Notes under the pieces: generated by a model
What the model was told of the DNA's origin: nothing
The model's input: only the letters and a program-made list of their open reading frames with translations
Database searches by the model: none
Shown: piece by piece, positions 37,200 through 50,958 of the stretch
Position numbering within the stretch: position 1 is the stretch's first letter
How the letters are laid out: the number at the start of each line of letters is the position of its first letter
Made by a program: the position numbers and the translations under genes
Assembly: GCF_009914755.1 (NCBI RefSeq)
Contig: NC_060935.1
DNA length: 64,000 bases
Origin: the human T2T-CHM13v2.0 reference genome, Homo sapiens
Strand: one strand, 5' to 3'

Positions 37200-38130
37200 T
37201 GCCTTGAGAGGTTTTAGCAAAGTGTTTTTCTACAGCTGATTGAAATTTGTCATCTGAATTTAGAAAATTATGGGTAAACAAGGTTTGTGCCAGTAGTGTT
37301 GCAGGGTCTTTACCTATATTCCCCTTTTTCTGATTTTTTACTATTGCTTGACCTTTGGAGTTATATGGGATGCCTGTGGAATGTTGAATATTCCACGTGT
37401 GATAAAATTGTTGAAATTGTCAGCTGGCATAAGCTGGTCCATTATCAGCTTTAATCTTTGTGGGCTATCCTATAAATGCAAAAGTTAAAAGATGTTTAAT
37501 GACATCTTGAGTAGACTCTACAGGCAGAGCATGTGCATTAATTAAATGAGTGTTATTATCAATGGATACACACACATATCTTAGTTTTCCAAATTTAGGC
37601 ATGTGTGTAATATGTTTGCCATAACTGCTTAGGTTCCAATCCTCTAGGGTTAACACTTGTTGAAGGAGGGGACGTGCCTGTGAGCTGGCAATCTGGACAT
37701 TGTAGGATAATTGTTGTAGCCAGCCTCTGAGTAAGTTGAAATTGTTTAGATAAGTTTCTCCAATTTTGGTGGAAAAATTGATGCGATTGGGTGGCTAGGC
37801 CTAGCAGTGATGTCATCACCTGAAGGTCTGCTCGTTCATTGACATAAGCCAATGGGCCAGGCAGTGAGCTGTGGGCTTGAATATGTGTAATAAAAACAGG
37901 ATGTGTACGTTGGTCCAGCAATTGCCGAAGTCAGAAAAAGAGTACACAGAGTGTGCACCAGAGTAAACTTAATTGAGGCTGTAAAAGTTCTTTAACAAAT
38001 ACACAGAGTAACCTGAGCTCTTTGAGTGCCAGTAAACCTAGATCCAGTGATTGGATTATGTGGTCTCTATTAGACTACTGCTCTTCCATGTTTACCAGAC
38101 CCATCAGTAAACAGTGTTAAAGCATTTGGT
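37200..38130 (-). pseudogene. HML-5 pol remnant (RNase H and integrase)
   Basis: FITHIQAHSSLPGPL, HHCC motif HQFFH...CPDC, WQTYYTH, and a frameshift before the catalytic core. Confidence 0.9.
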
Positions 38131-38799
38131 ATGGGGGATTGCAATACGGCTTTGAATTGCATTTTACTTAAAGGAATTTTGATGATATCGAGTCATAACT
38201 TAGCAATTGACTGCATTAATCATTAAGATGGCAAGCTGAAATAAATAACGTGAAGTTTAAAAAGAAAATCTGAAAGCATCTTTAGAAGCAGAGACTTAAA
38301 TTATATATTTTAACCATGTGCTTAAAGCCACAGGCAGAATAGCTTAAATGTTGCAATGGAGTTCTCAGGCTGACCAAGTTTATGGACTTTAATCTGGAAA
38401 ACAGTCTTGAAAACAGTGACTCACTAACTGGGGAACTTAATTTGGGACTCTTTTAGCAAGTATGAATCAAAGACTATCTGTAATCAGTGGGTTAAGACAG
38501 TCATTCATGCATGTTTTGGCTACACTTACATATAACTCTTCTTCACCTTTTGAGAAGGGCACAATATTTTCACCTTTTAATTGAACAAATATCATTTAAT
38601 TAGGTTTAAAGTTCTCCTCTAAGGGTAATGTGTGGTTTTACATGCCTAACTTTTAATTATTCTTTAATTCATGGGCCCTCCTTAATCTCTCTCCCTTCAG
38701 AGGCTACTGTTTTACTTAAACTGGATTTGTAGAGCTACCTCGGGGGTAGGAGAGAGATAACAGCAGTGGCTATTATCTGAAAAGAGGTTTTTCAAATTC

Positions 38800-39751
38800 T
38801 TACATTTTACTTAAATTTTAGCAGAGAATTATAATTTGGGATGTCACTTGTAAACAAGGAGCACAGGAAATTTTGCTGTGGGCTGTCTGCAAAGCTAGAG
38901 AGTCAGGCAGGTGCGTCCTGGGGCTTTGGCTGCTTTGCACTTGTAAAAGCGCTGCTTTTTGCCTGTGCTGGCTCCCTCCCGCAGGCACCCATTGGCTGTT
39001 CCTGGCCAGGGTGGACCCCAGCCTCCCCTTGGGCTGACTTTGTTGTATGTGCCTCTCGCCCCTCCCCTGCAGGCTAGCTCCAATGGTGGCTTAGCTCTTC
39101 GTTGCCTCTGCTGCCATGTGGGCGGAGTTTTAGTTTTTTCTCACTGCTTGCTTGGCAATGCAGCTCTAGCTTCTAATGCCCTTTTTTAACCCTTTAGGTA
39201 TCTGATCGCTTTGCCAATTTTGCGTTACTGGGCAGGCTAAGAGATCTTCTTTTAATTCAGCCTGCTTAAGACGGGAACTGATAACTGTAGTGTATCCTCT
39301 GCCTTTTTTCTTATCTATTGGAGGAAGCTCAGGTAAGACCTCCTTTTCCTCTCTGTTAATTCCGCCTGGTGATTAGGGCCCAGGGAAGACGAGGTGATAA
39401 GGCAGGTAATGTTTCCTCTTCCTGCCCCTTTTTAGGCTTTTCCGTGTGTGACTGAGCCAGGGCTGCTCTAGTTAAAGCCCATAACGTTAAAGCTGTTACT
39501 GGGACTTGCTGCCTTTGCAACTGATGTTTTTAAGATCTCTCCCCACTTGTTTCCCGGAGCTCTATGTCTAGCGTTCCTTCTTCTGGGAACCATGGACTTT
39601 GGGATTTAACAGTTTGCATTACAGCAATTTGTCTAGCATGCATGATTAGGTGCCTTAATTGAGCCTGTGAAACTGAAGCTCCACTAGCCTTAAGCAGCTG
39701 TTGTAATACTTTTATATAATGTTTCTGCTGTGCTAATAACTGTTGTCCCAT
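38800..39751 (-). pseudogene. HML-5 gag remnant
   Basis: MGQQLLAQQKHYIKVLQQLLKASGASV...PWFPEEGTLD matrix N-terminus; disrupted downstream. Confidence 0.85.
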
Positions 39752-40011
39752 GATGAAATCTCAGCTTGAACCAACTTTCCCCAGAACTTGGTAACCTTGA
39801 GTGGGCACCAATGACTTACTAGTTACTCACTGACTTGACCACGCGGTTTTTCTTCACCTTTGTTTCCTGGGGGCCCGTCGCATTCCTCAGGCTTCCTTTG
39901 CAGCTTTCCTCATGAAAGCGGTCCTTACACTTCCTTCATAGCTTGCCTTACAAGGGGCTCCAACTGCGGAAGGTCTGTTTCTGCAGACCCCTGACTGTCC
40001 TCACACAGCTC

Positions 40012-40029
40012 TCCTCACATGGGGCACCA
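40012..40029 (-). other. Primer-binding site complementary to tRNA-Met
   Basis: Minus strand TGGTGCCCCATGTGAGGA, 2 nt after the 5' LTR; near-match to the elongator tRNA-Met 3' end, as reported for HML-5. Confidence 0.85.
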
Positions 40030-42379
40030 ATTGAGGTATTGCTTCTCACAACAGGGCAGTAGCTACCTGTGTCTGCCCGCAGACCCTGACCCAAACGACG
40101 GATGAATAAAATGTACACTGACACACAGATAATCTGTTTTGCCAGTCATGCTGAGTGTCTGACCGCCTGTAAACCAAAAGAGGTTTGTCACTGCAGCTTG
40201 CCCTGAGTAGCTCAGACTCTAGGAGTTTATTTAGTGTAGAATTAACAACAGAAGATTTGAGTAAACACACTTGTGGATAATTAACATGGTTAAGAGAGTA
40301 GTTCTAGGAATGATTAAAACTCAGGTACCCTGGTTTAAAGTAAATACCATTAGGGGGCAATATCCTTGGTCAAACTACCCCCAAGAGGGCCATCTGTCTC
40401 AAAGGTTACTTAATGGAGGTAGGGTAAACAGATCTAACTGGGGAAGCCTGTGTTGTCCCTAGTATTTACCTTATGACCTAATGCTCTAAGGTAAGAAATG
40501 GCTGCCTTCAGCCTGTTCAATTATTACAAGCTTTATAACCTTTCAACCTTTCAAAAAGGTTTGTGACTATTCCCTATAACTTTCCCTAATATTTTCCTTT
40601 AATACTTCTGCCACCATCCTGTGTGAATCCCAACAATCCAGCACAATGGTGAATAGAATCTGCCAGAGCAGACATTCTTGACTTTTTTCTAGTCTTGGGA
40701 ATGCATTCAGTCCTATCCCATTAAGTATGATGTTACCTCTAAGTTTTTCATAAGTGTTCTTCATGAGATTTAAGAAGTTCCCTTTTATTCCTAGGTTGCT
40801 GATATTCTTATTAGAAATAGATATCAGCTTTACCAAACTCTTCTTCTATGTCTATTGAGATGATTCTATGTATATATAGAAATTTTAATTATTCTAATTG
40901 GCTTATTACAGTGATATAATTTTCAAAAGTTAAACCAACCTTGCATAACTGGTATTTACCTGTTAGTTCTTGCATTTATCTTTATATTGGCCTGCAGTTT
41001 TCTTTTTTTGTAATGTTTCACCCGTATATTATAGAGCTAATTTTTCCCTATTGCTGAGCCAAACTTCTTTTTGGTATTGTACTCAATGCCCCCCAAATTA
41101 TGATGTTTTTTTCTAGGTCTGACAGGAACAGCAATATTCCCAGCTCTGTAAGACCTCCAGGGATTGTTCCTTCTACTCTTTTTAGTTAGCTGGTTTCTCA
41201 GACCTAGGTAATTTCCTCACATGCATGTGCAGATCACTACTCATCTAAAGACTCATGGGGACCCTCTCTGTACAGTCCTCTCCTGCCCTTCGAAAGCTAA
41301 ACTCATTGGCTTCCCTGAACTCATTTCCTTTTCCTCAACTCAGTTGCAAATGAGCTTTGCCTGGATTCTTTCACCTGCATCATGGCCTAGAGCCTCTCTT
41401 CAGGCAGTAAGCTGGGGCAGTCTTAGAGTCTGGATCATTTCTTTGTGTTTCTCAAGGATCACTGTCCTTCTTTGACTAATGCTCAATGTCTTGGAAGCCA
41501 TTTTGAATATTTTGTTTATTTCTCCAGGTTTTTCAGGCAGGAGTGCAAATTAGTTCTCTGTTATTCCATGGTGGCCAGAGTAGAAGCTCAGGATGCTGCT
41601 TTAAAAAAAAATTTTTTTCCAAAGTCTTTAGTTTTAATTAGTGGAAATAATGTGCTATAAAGGGCTTACTTTATCTTGGCTGCCCCTATTACTATCAAAT
41701 ATATAAGTATAAACATACCAGAAGGTTTCTTAGGCAGATTAAGGGCAACTTCAAAATCTCACAAGGAACATAATGTGAAATAATGAATCGTTATAAGTAT
41801 TTCCTTTACAATGAGGAAGAATACAGGAGTGCTCACAATTACTGCCTTTATTTAGCTGGTAAATAAAATTTATTTTAGCCAATGCAGTGTGATAAGAAAA
41901 ATTAGTAAAAGATAATATTTGAGGATTGAAAAGAAGGGAACAAAGCATATTCATGAAATATCCACAGATAATATCATTACCTATTTTTGAAACTAAAAAG
42001 ATTTATAGATAAAATATTAGAATGAGTTTAAAGTAGTAAACGGGCTAGGTTTAAGAATGATATTTACAAAACATTGGATTTAGCTTAGTCAACAATATCA
42101 GAAAATGTAATACCCCCCAAATTGTTTTATAATGCCTAGAAAAATATTATTTACCTAGAAATAAATGTAAAAATGATTTGTTAACCTTTTATGGAGAAAA
42201 TTATTTTGTTGAAGACACAAAAATGTGACATAAGTCAATGACAAGGTATACTAATGAGTAGGAAATCTCAAAATTAAGACAGTAGTTGGTGAATATACAG
42301 AAAAATATACCATTGGAACAGAACAGAGAGAGTAGAGACAGACTCACGAATTATAAGAAAATATCTTTGTATTAGTTTG

Positions 42380-42943
42380 TGCTATGGTGTGAATCTTTGC
42401 ATCCCCCACAATTCATATGTTTAAATCCTAATCTCCATGGTGATGGCATTAAGAGATGGGTCTTTGTTGAATGATTAGATCATGAGGGCTCTACATTATG
42501 TATTTTGTTAGAAAAGTTCAGACTAGACAGACTATTAGGGGTAATAATGTACCACAGACTATATGGCCTACACAACTGAAATGCATTATCTCATCGTTCT
42601 GGAGGTTCTAAGTCCAAGGTCAAGATGTCAGCAGAGTTGGAACCTGTTGGTGCTGTGAGGGAAAGATCTGTTCCAGGACTCTCTCCTTGATTTGTAGTTG
42701 GCCATGTTTTTCCTATGGGTCTTTGCGTCATCTTCCCTCTGTGTCTGTCTCTATGTCTAAATTTTCCCCTTTTCTAAGGATATCAGGGGTATTGGATTAG
42801 GGGCCCATCCTACTGCAGTGTGATCACATTTTAACTAAGTTTATCAAGAAGAAATGTATATCCCGATAAGGTCACATTTTGAGGTACTAGGGGTTAGGAC
42901 TATAACATGTGAATTATGAGGGGACACAGTTCAACCCATAACA
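42380..42943. mobile_element. MLT1 LTR fragments (two, opposite orientations)
   Basis: tgctatggt...attcatatgtttaaatcctaatc and ...gggacacagttcaacccataaca. Confidence 0.75.
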
Positions 42944-42949
42944 ATCTTA

Positions 42950-44500
<1,551 letters not shown>

Positions 44501-44949
44501 GTTTCATAGTTTTTTAAAAACACAGTGTATAAGAGGTAAAGGAAGAACCTGAGAAGTATTCACAGGATACTAGCTTGGGTAGTCAAATGGATAATGACAC
44601 CATTGTCAGATTCAGAAACACAGGAAGAGGGGCACAATTAAATTTTATGACTCTGGTTTTGAAGGGGTTAAGAGTGAAATGCCTCTGACATATCCAAGAG
44701 TAGATGTCAAAGAGGCAACAAAATATTAATATCTGGAGGTTAGATGAGAGGTCAGTGCTGCGGAGATAGATTTGAGCAATAAATATTTGAAAACATGAGG
44801 TGACGGGAGAGCATCAAGATAAAAAGGAAATCACTATTCCTATAATCTCAGCTCATTCCATTGTACCTACCTACTAAATGATCCAAGCCCAGCTGTCCCT
44901 CCTGATTTTACTCCCTCCAGGCTTATTCCTCTATTTATATAGATTAGAT

Positions 44950-47127
44950 CCAATACTTCAGGCTTCACAATGATTTCCTTCTGAGTTATGAATATGTATT
45001 ATTTTTCTGATTATTTTTAGTCATCTATCTGGGTTGTCTTATAGCTCACCAAGCTATTCAATGACAATTATTTTAAATTCATTATGAGACAGTTCATAAA
45101 CTATTATTTTTTTAGGTTCAGCTATTGGTTATTTTTTTTTTCCTTTGGTGGTATCATTTTTCTCTGATTGTTCTTGATCTTGATTTTTAGGCAGTGCATT
45201 AGTGTCTGCACATTTGAAAAACAAGAAACTTATTCTAGTTCTTGCATACCGGCTTTATCTGGAAAAACCCTTTCCTAGTCATCCAGCAACTCTTTGTAGG
45301 GTGTCTAGTGTGGTCTGCAGGTGAACTTGTTGCCAAAGTCCTCAGGCAGGCTGGCCTGGTGCCTGTGTTAGCAGATGGTAGGCCTGTTTCCTGGGTCTGT
45401 AGAGTTGGGCCTGAAGCCTGGATCAACTGGGGTGGATCTTTTCATTGGGTATGTGGGGATGAACGTAAAGCCAATTTCTATAAGGGCAGGTACAGAGCCT
45501 GTTAACAGTAGGTGCTGGACTGAGCATGGGTCCACAGGGGCTAACATGGCTCTGAGGCGTGCATTGAGCCTGTGTCTGCAGGGGCTGGCCAGATTTTGGA
45601 ATGAGCATAGTGTCTGAGTCTGCTGGGATAAGCCTGGCATCTGAGTCCATGGGGACTGGCCTGGTACTGGTGCAGGACTGGAGCCGGAATCTGGAGAAAT
45701 GGGCCTGGGATCTTGGTAGACGGGGGCAGACCTGGAGCCTGAGTCTTCAGAGATGGTCCTAGAGACTTTGTCCATGATGGCCAGCCTAGCAACAGGGTCT
45801 AATGAAGTCGGCCTGTACCCTGGGTCTGCTAGAGCACAGCTGGGCCCTGAGTTTGTTGGATGCTGGGTTACAAAAACCAGCCTGGAGTCTGATGCTGGCC
45901 TAGGGCTGTGGTGAGATGGGGCCAGTCTAAAGTTTGAGACCATAGGTGCTAGACTGGTGCTTGTAGCCACAGGGGTGGGCCAAGAATTGTGGAATGGCCT
46001 GGAGGCTGGTTGTGTGAGATCTGTCCTAGAACCAACATATTCAGAAGTGGGCATGGACACTAGGGCCACAAAGGGTGGCTTGGGTCCTAGGGCTGTAGGA
46101 ACTGGACTGGAACCTAAGTCCACAGAGGCAGTACTAGATACTGGGTCTGTAGGCACCTGCCCAATACTGGAGTCAACTGTGATGGGCCTGGACCCTGGGT
46201 CTGCTGGAGGATGGGACCATAGGAACTGGCCTGGAGAGTGGGGTGGCAGAAACTGGCTTAGGCCTCGGGAGGCCTGGAGCCTGGGTCTGCAGATGCTTGC
46301 CAGATACCTGACTAAGGCCTAGGGCTAGGGCTGCCAACCTGGAAATGGGGTGGGCCTGAATCCTGGATTGGTGTGAGCCAATCTAGTTCTGGGCCGGTCT
46401 GGAACCTAGGGTGGACTTGGAGTCTGCGACCACAGGGGCTAGCCTTGTGCTAGGCAGTCCTCGAGCCTGTATCCACAGGGGCCAGATTAGGGGTTGGATA
46501 TATGGACACTGGCATGGTGACTAGAGTTGCAGGAGCTAGCCTGGTCCTGGGGCTGGCTTGAAACCTGGAGTTGTCGAGGCCGGCCTTGTTCTGGGAGCAG
46601 TCTGGAGCCTGGAGTCACTGGGGCTGGCCTGGTCCCAAAGACTGTCTGACATCCAAGGCACTGGGGTAGACCTGGCATGAGGATATACCCAGAAACCAAG
46701 TCCACCAGACAAGCCTGGAGCCTGGGCTGTGTGATCTGGTCTGGCTTAGTGTGCAGGTACTAGCCTGGAGTTTCGGGCAATAGTCGCATACCCATTACTG
46801 GATTTTACTGAAGCAGGCTCTGCGTTGGAGTCCAAGGCAAAGTTCAGTGCTCACTTCACTTTTCTTCTTCGACACAGAGATTGCCTCTCTCTGTGCCCTG
46901 CTGCCTGGTGTTGTGGGAGGGGTGACACAGGAAATGAAAAATTGTTCTTCCTATGCTCTTCAATTAATCTTTTCTTATTTCTCTGCTACACAACATTTCT
47001 GTAACCTTTCACCTGGTTTTCTTAGCTCTTCTGAAGGTATTTTCATGCATAGATAGTTGTTTAAATTGATGTTTCTGTGTGAGGATAAATGCTAGAAAGT
47101 CCCATTCTGACATTTTGCTGATGTCCA
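44950..47127 (-). mobile_element. Old L1M 5' end: ORF1 start, GC-rich degenerate tandem array (45340-46790) and 5' terminus
   Basis: Antisense ORF1-like sequence at 44950-45260; repeated ggcctggagcctgggtcc-type units; terminus cattttgctgatgtc resembles L1M 5' ends. Confidence 0.7.
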
Positions 47128-50100
47128 GTTTCACGGCATCCAATCAGATTTCTATATAACGATTGTCAAAGTGGCTCAGCAGCATCAGAGACAGGTCTCC
47201 TGCTAATTTGGAAAGAAAGATTGCAGATCTTATGTTAAATGATCTTATCAAACACACACATATATACACACAATAATAATAATAAATAGAGCTGTCAAAA
47301 CTTTAGGAGGTGATGAATATGTTTATGGCTTTTGTTGTTGTGATAGTTTCATGAGTATGTATGTATTCACCTCTATATTCATCAAGGTTTATATATTAAA
47401 CACATACAGCTTTTTGTATGTCAATTATACCTCCATAAAGTAGTTCTACAAAAAAATAAATAAACACCATAGAGGAAAAATACTTTTGGCCTCTTTCTCC
47501 ATGAAGTATGACTTCTATTTCAGGTTTCTGGTGGTTACTGAACTTCCAGATTTTCTGATGATAAGTATAATAAGAGAAATAATATGTTAGGCTAGAAAAG
47601 ACAAAAATGCAGGATTTGAGGATGAATCAATCAAATTTTTTCATAACATAATAGGACTTATTGTTCAACATATTCAAGCCAGTACCAGGCTAGAGTGAGA
47701 GAAAGTTTCCAGATCAAATATTTGTGTAAACTAATTCAACTAAAGTCTCAAGAGGAAGAGATTCGTGATGAGATATCTGGAGTCACAATGTGCAAAATTC
47801 ATCACAAAGTGGAAACCAGCATCTTACAATACAAAGAACAATGGCTTGGGATTCTGAGCATCTGGGTTCTGGTCTTGGTTTTGCACATGCAATCATGTGT
47901 CCACTTCCCAGGACTTAGTTTCTTGAAACTAGACAATCTCTACTAAACCTCCTATCTGATTTTCCTCCCTTTCAGGAAGTTAGGCAGGTGCTCAGATCAG
48001 CTTTTTGGTCACAAAGGATGAAGGAAGAAGGCAGGTGTCTTTCTTAACCACAGTTTTGGGACATGGCTTTAGAGAATGCATTAGCAGGGACTAAGCAAAT
48101 AATGAAAGCTGAATTTGGGGTAGAAAAATGGGGAACAGGAGATGAAAGAATCAGAAAGAAAATATTAAGGAGCAACAAAGAGTCCCCTATTGATTTGTAG
48201 TATAGCCAAAGTTTTGTTTTTCTCTTCCTTAGACTCTTAGAGGACTAGAAGACATCAGAGAGCTTTAAAATGTTCTAGGATGCCAAAGCCAAGAAAGCAT
48301 GTCCTGTGGATCCGACACCTTCTCAGTTCCCTGATCTAGCTAAAACCAAATACCACTTGCTGATTTCTCCGGAGGCACTGAAACCTCATCACCAACCCAG
48401 AACAGTTTAGCATGACTTGTTCTCTCCATGAAGTCCCTAAACATCCCCCTTCTTCCTCTCTAAAAGCTTCAAGAATCCACTTTCATGTCAAGTTTTTCTA
48501 CAGAGGCAGATTGTTGTTTATATCAAACTCCAGAAACCCTCATCCTTTTCTGATATTTATTTAAGTTGGTGCTGTCAGTCTTTTCTACCATAAAGAACCT
48601 GTGTTTACTTGGCTCTTCTGTGTCTTGCCACCAGCCACCAGTCAGTTAAAACAGCTTTCTTTTGCTACAGAGAGGTGCAGCCACATCTAAAGCCACCAGC
48701 AGTGCAAGGTCCTCTGACTGCATTAACAACCCCTCCCTGAGTGTCCAGATATGAAGAATCTGCTCAATCACCAAAGCTCCTGAATTAAGAGTTAGGATGC
48801 TCCTTTGGACCTTCAGGAGGAACTTCATTAGGAATTCTGAGATAGAGCAAGCATTGCTGGGGAACCACAGGTCCCAGTGTCCTCCTGTCATCTCAGAAGC
48901 CAGTAAAGAAACCTTCTTCCCTAGAAAGACTTCTGGAGAGAAAAAAATTCCCCAAGATTTGAGAGCATGAGAGTCTCATGGTGAGGTCCCTGGTGAACAG
49001 AAATCAGAAAAGTACTAGTACACAGAAGAGATGTACAAGCATCTAGTCACTGCCTCAAAGTAACTTTGAATTTATTATGACTTAGATTGAGATAGAGTGA
49101 TTCTTTGACTGTTCGGTCCGTGCCTGAAACAAACATGATTAATATCCATAATCTTATTAATTTTATTATCCCTAGGAGGCAAAGTCTCCAAAGTTTTCCA
49201 AATGATCTTGCAAAGGCAACTCTCCTCAGATTCCCTAGGAAGTTTTCAGATTTTATGAATAGGTGCCAACAGCTATCAGATGTCTTCCAACGATGGCTGC
49301 TGCATCCCAGTTTCACATTGCTAAGGGTTAAAGAAGGACATTGATATGAAAGAAGCATCCCAGAGACCCTTGACACATTGTGAGAGTACACAGAGGGTGG
49401 GGCTCCATCAACCTCCCACAGACACTCAGCCATACTATTCCCATTCCCTGCCATGAGCAAGAGTTTCAGGGCCTCACAGGGGTTCAAAGGTGGCCAAATC
49501 ATTGCCACTCTTTGTAGTATGAAGTACACCAACACGTAAAGGTAGGCTAAACATTGATAATATAATAGCTTTAAATGTGTATAAATGTATGCTTACAACC
49601 TCAAAAATGCCATGCAATATTATTGTTCTACTTACAAGATCAGTGCAGGAATTATAAAGCATTAATTCAGAGTGGACTCTTGGCAGTGTGTAATTTATGG
49701 TGCATGTGTTCTCCATTCTGTCTGTGTTTCTGTACCATTGGGTGATAACACTAGAATCTCAAATTTGGGAACTTTTTTGAAAGTGGGGCCATGCCTAAAT
49801 GGTATCCTAGTTGTCTCTTCCACCATGACCCCATGATGGACCTGCAAAGTCCCAAAGATGGAAGAACATTCAGGGGTAGCCAGCTGGAGAGACCTAGAAT
49901 CAGAGATCTCTCACACAGCCTGAAAAGCCCAAAGCAGATGAGCATAACCTCAGCACCTGTGAAACCAGAATTCATTGCTTCCATTCAGAGATCCCATGTT
50001 CATGTCAGAATCCAAGCTGCCACGAGTGTTTCATGAAGTCACTTATGACTAATACTGAGTACAATGGGACTGATATCAGAACTAAGCTAGGCCCGGAGAG

Positions 50101-50516
50101 CCCTGAGGTTGTGACACATAAGGCTAAACCTTTGAGTTTTGATCCACAGAGTAGATACATCAGAGAAGTGGACTTGGAGAATCCCCTGCTGGAGTCCTAG
50201 AGAGTAACCACTCTGTCAGATAGCATGTGTTTCTGAGAGGAAAGCACAGGGGTCTAGTTCCAGCCGTATCCCTCTGCACCCCATATGCACGTGCTGAGTT
50301 CTAGAGAGACTCCAGAGCTGGTCTGAAAGGCTGATGCAAAGGAGTCTGCTCTGGAACTGAAGTGTTATAAGAAACTGGCAAGCTCAGCAGCCCTACAGAT
50401 AGGTGAGGAGCCCAGAGATGGGAGAGGAAGCTATTCTCCTGGCCAAGGTCCTGATTCAGTTTGCCAGAATCATAGGCAGACTTGAGGCCGACTGGAGCTA
50501 GCACTGGCAGTGGAAT

Positions 50517-50958
50517 TGAAACCTCCCCTGTAGTCCCATAGAGAATTTTTTTTGTATAAACATAGAAATTGACCCTTCTGATCTTAATGCTTGAAACTTT
50601 TATTTGTTTTATATGAATTTCATCCTTAGTAAAGGACCCCTACGTCCCTCAAAAAGTATCAAAGAATTGAAACTCACCAGATGATCCCATCCAGACAATG
50701 GGACACCAGACCCCTCATAAATTATGATTGCTTCCTTAGGTCGCCTGAGTTCCTGTTTTTCTACACATTGTTACATTTCTTCACTGCTATGAAAACTCAT
50801 AATTTTAGTTGATCAGCAAGATGGATTTGAGACCGAGCTTGCATCTCCTCTGCTACAGCATCCAACTCAGCCTTCTTCCTTGGCAATTGGTTATATTGAT
50901 TGGCTTTCTGTGTGGTGAGCTGCAGGACCTAGACCACACCCCTGGTGTTTCAGTAACA
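50517..50958 (+). mobile_element. MER4-group ERV1 5' LTR
   Basis: tgaaacc...cctggtgtttcagtaaca ends; followed by a tRNA-Glu-like PBS tggtttcccgaccaggaa at 50964-50981. Confidence 0.75.

Larger units (their letters stand above)
35466..40635 (-). mobile_element. HERV-K(HML-5)/HERVK22 provirus with two LTR22-type LTRs (35466-36067, 40032-40635), internally deleted, inserted in an old L1
   Basis: Both LTRs run tgaggtattgcttctcac...gtgaatcccaaca; 6-bp TSD ATCCAG at 35460-35465 and 40636-40641; PPT next to 36068; beta-type gag and integrase remnants. Confidence 0.93.

Noticed and set aside
45368-46156. 262-aa ORF as a novel protein-coding gene
   Set aside because: No ATG start, lies wholly in a degenerate C-rich tandem array that is depleted of stops, and has no recognisable domain.
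48000-50500. Possible lncRNA exons or enhancer in unique-looking sequence
   Set aside because: No exon structure or motif cluster could be supported from sequence alone.
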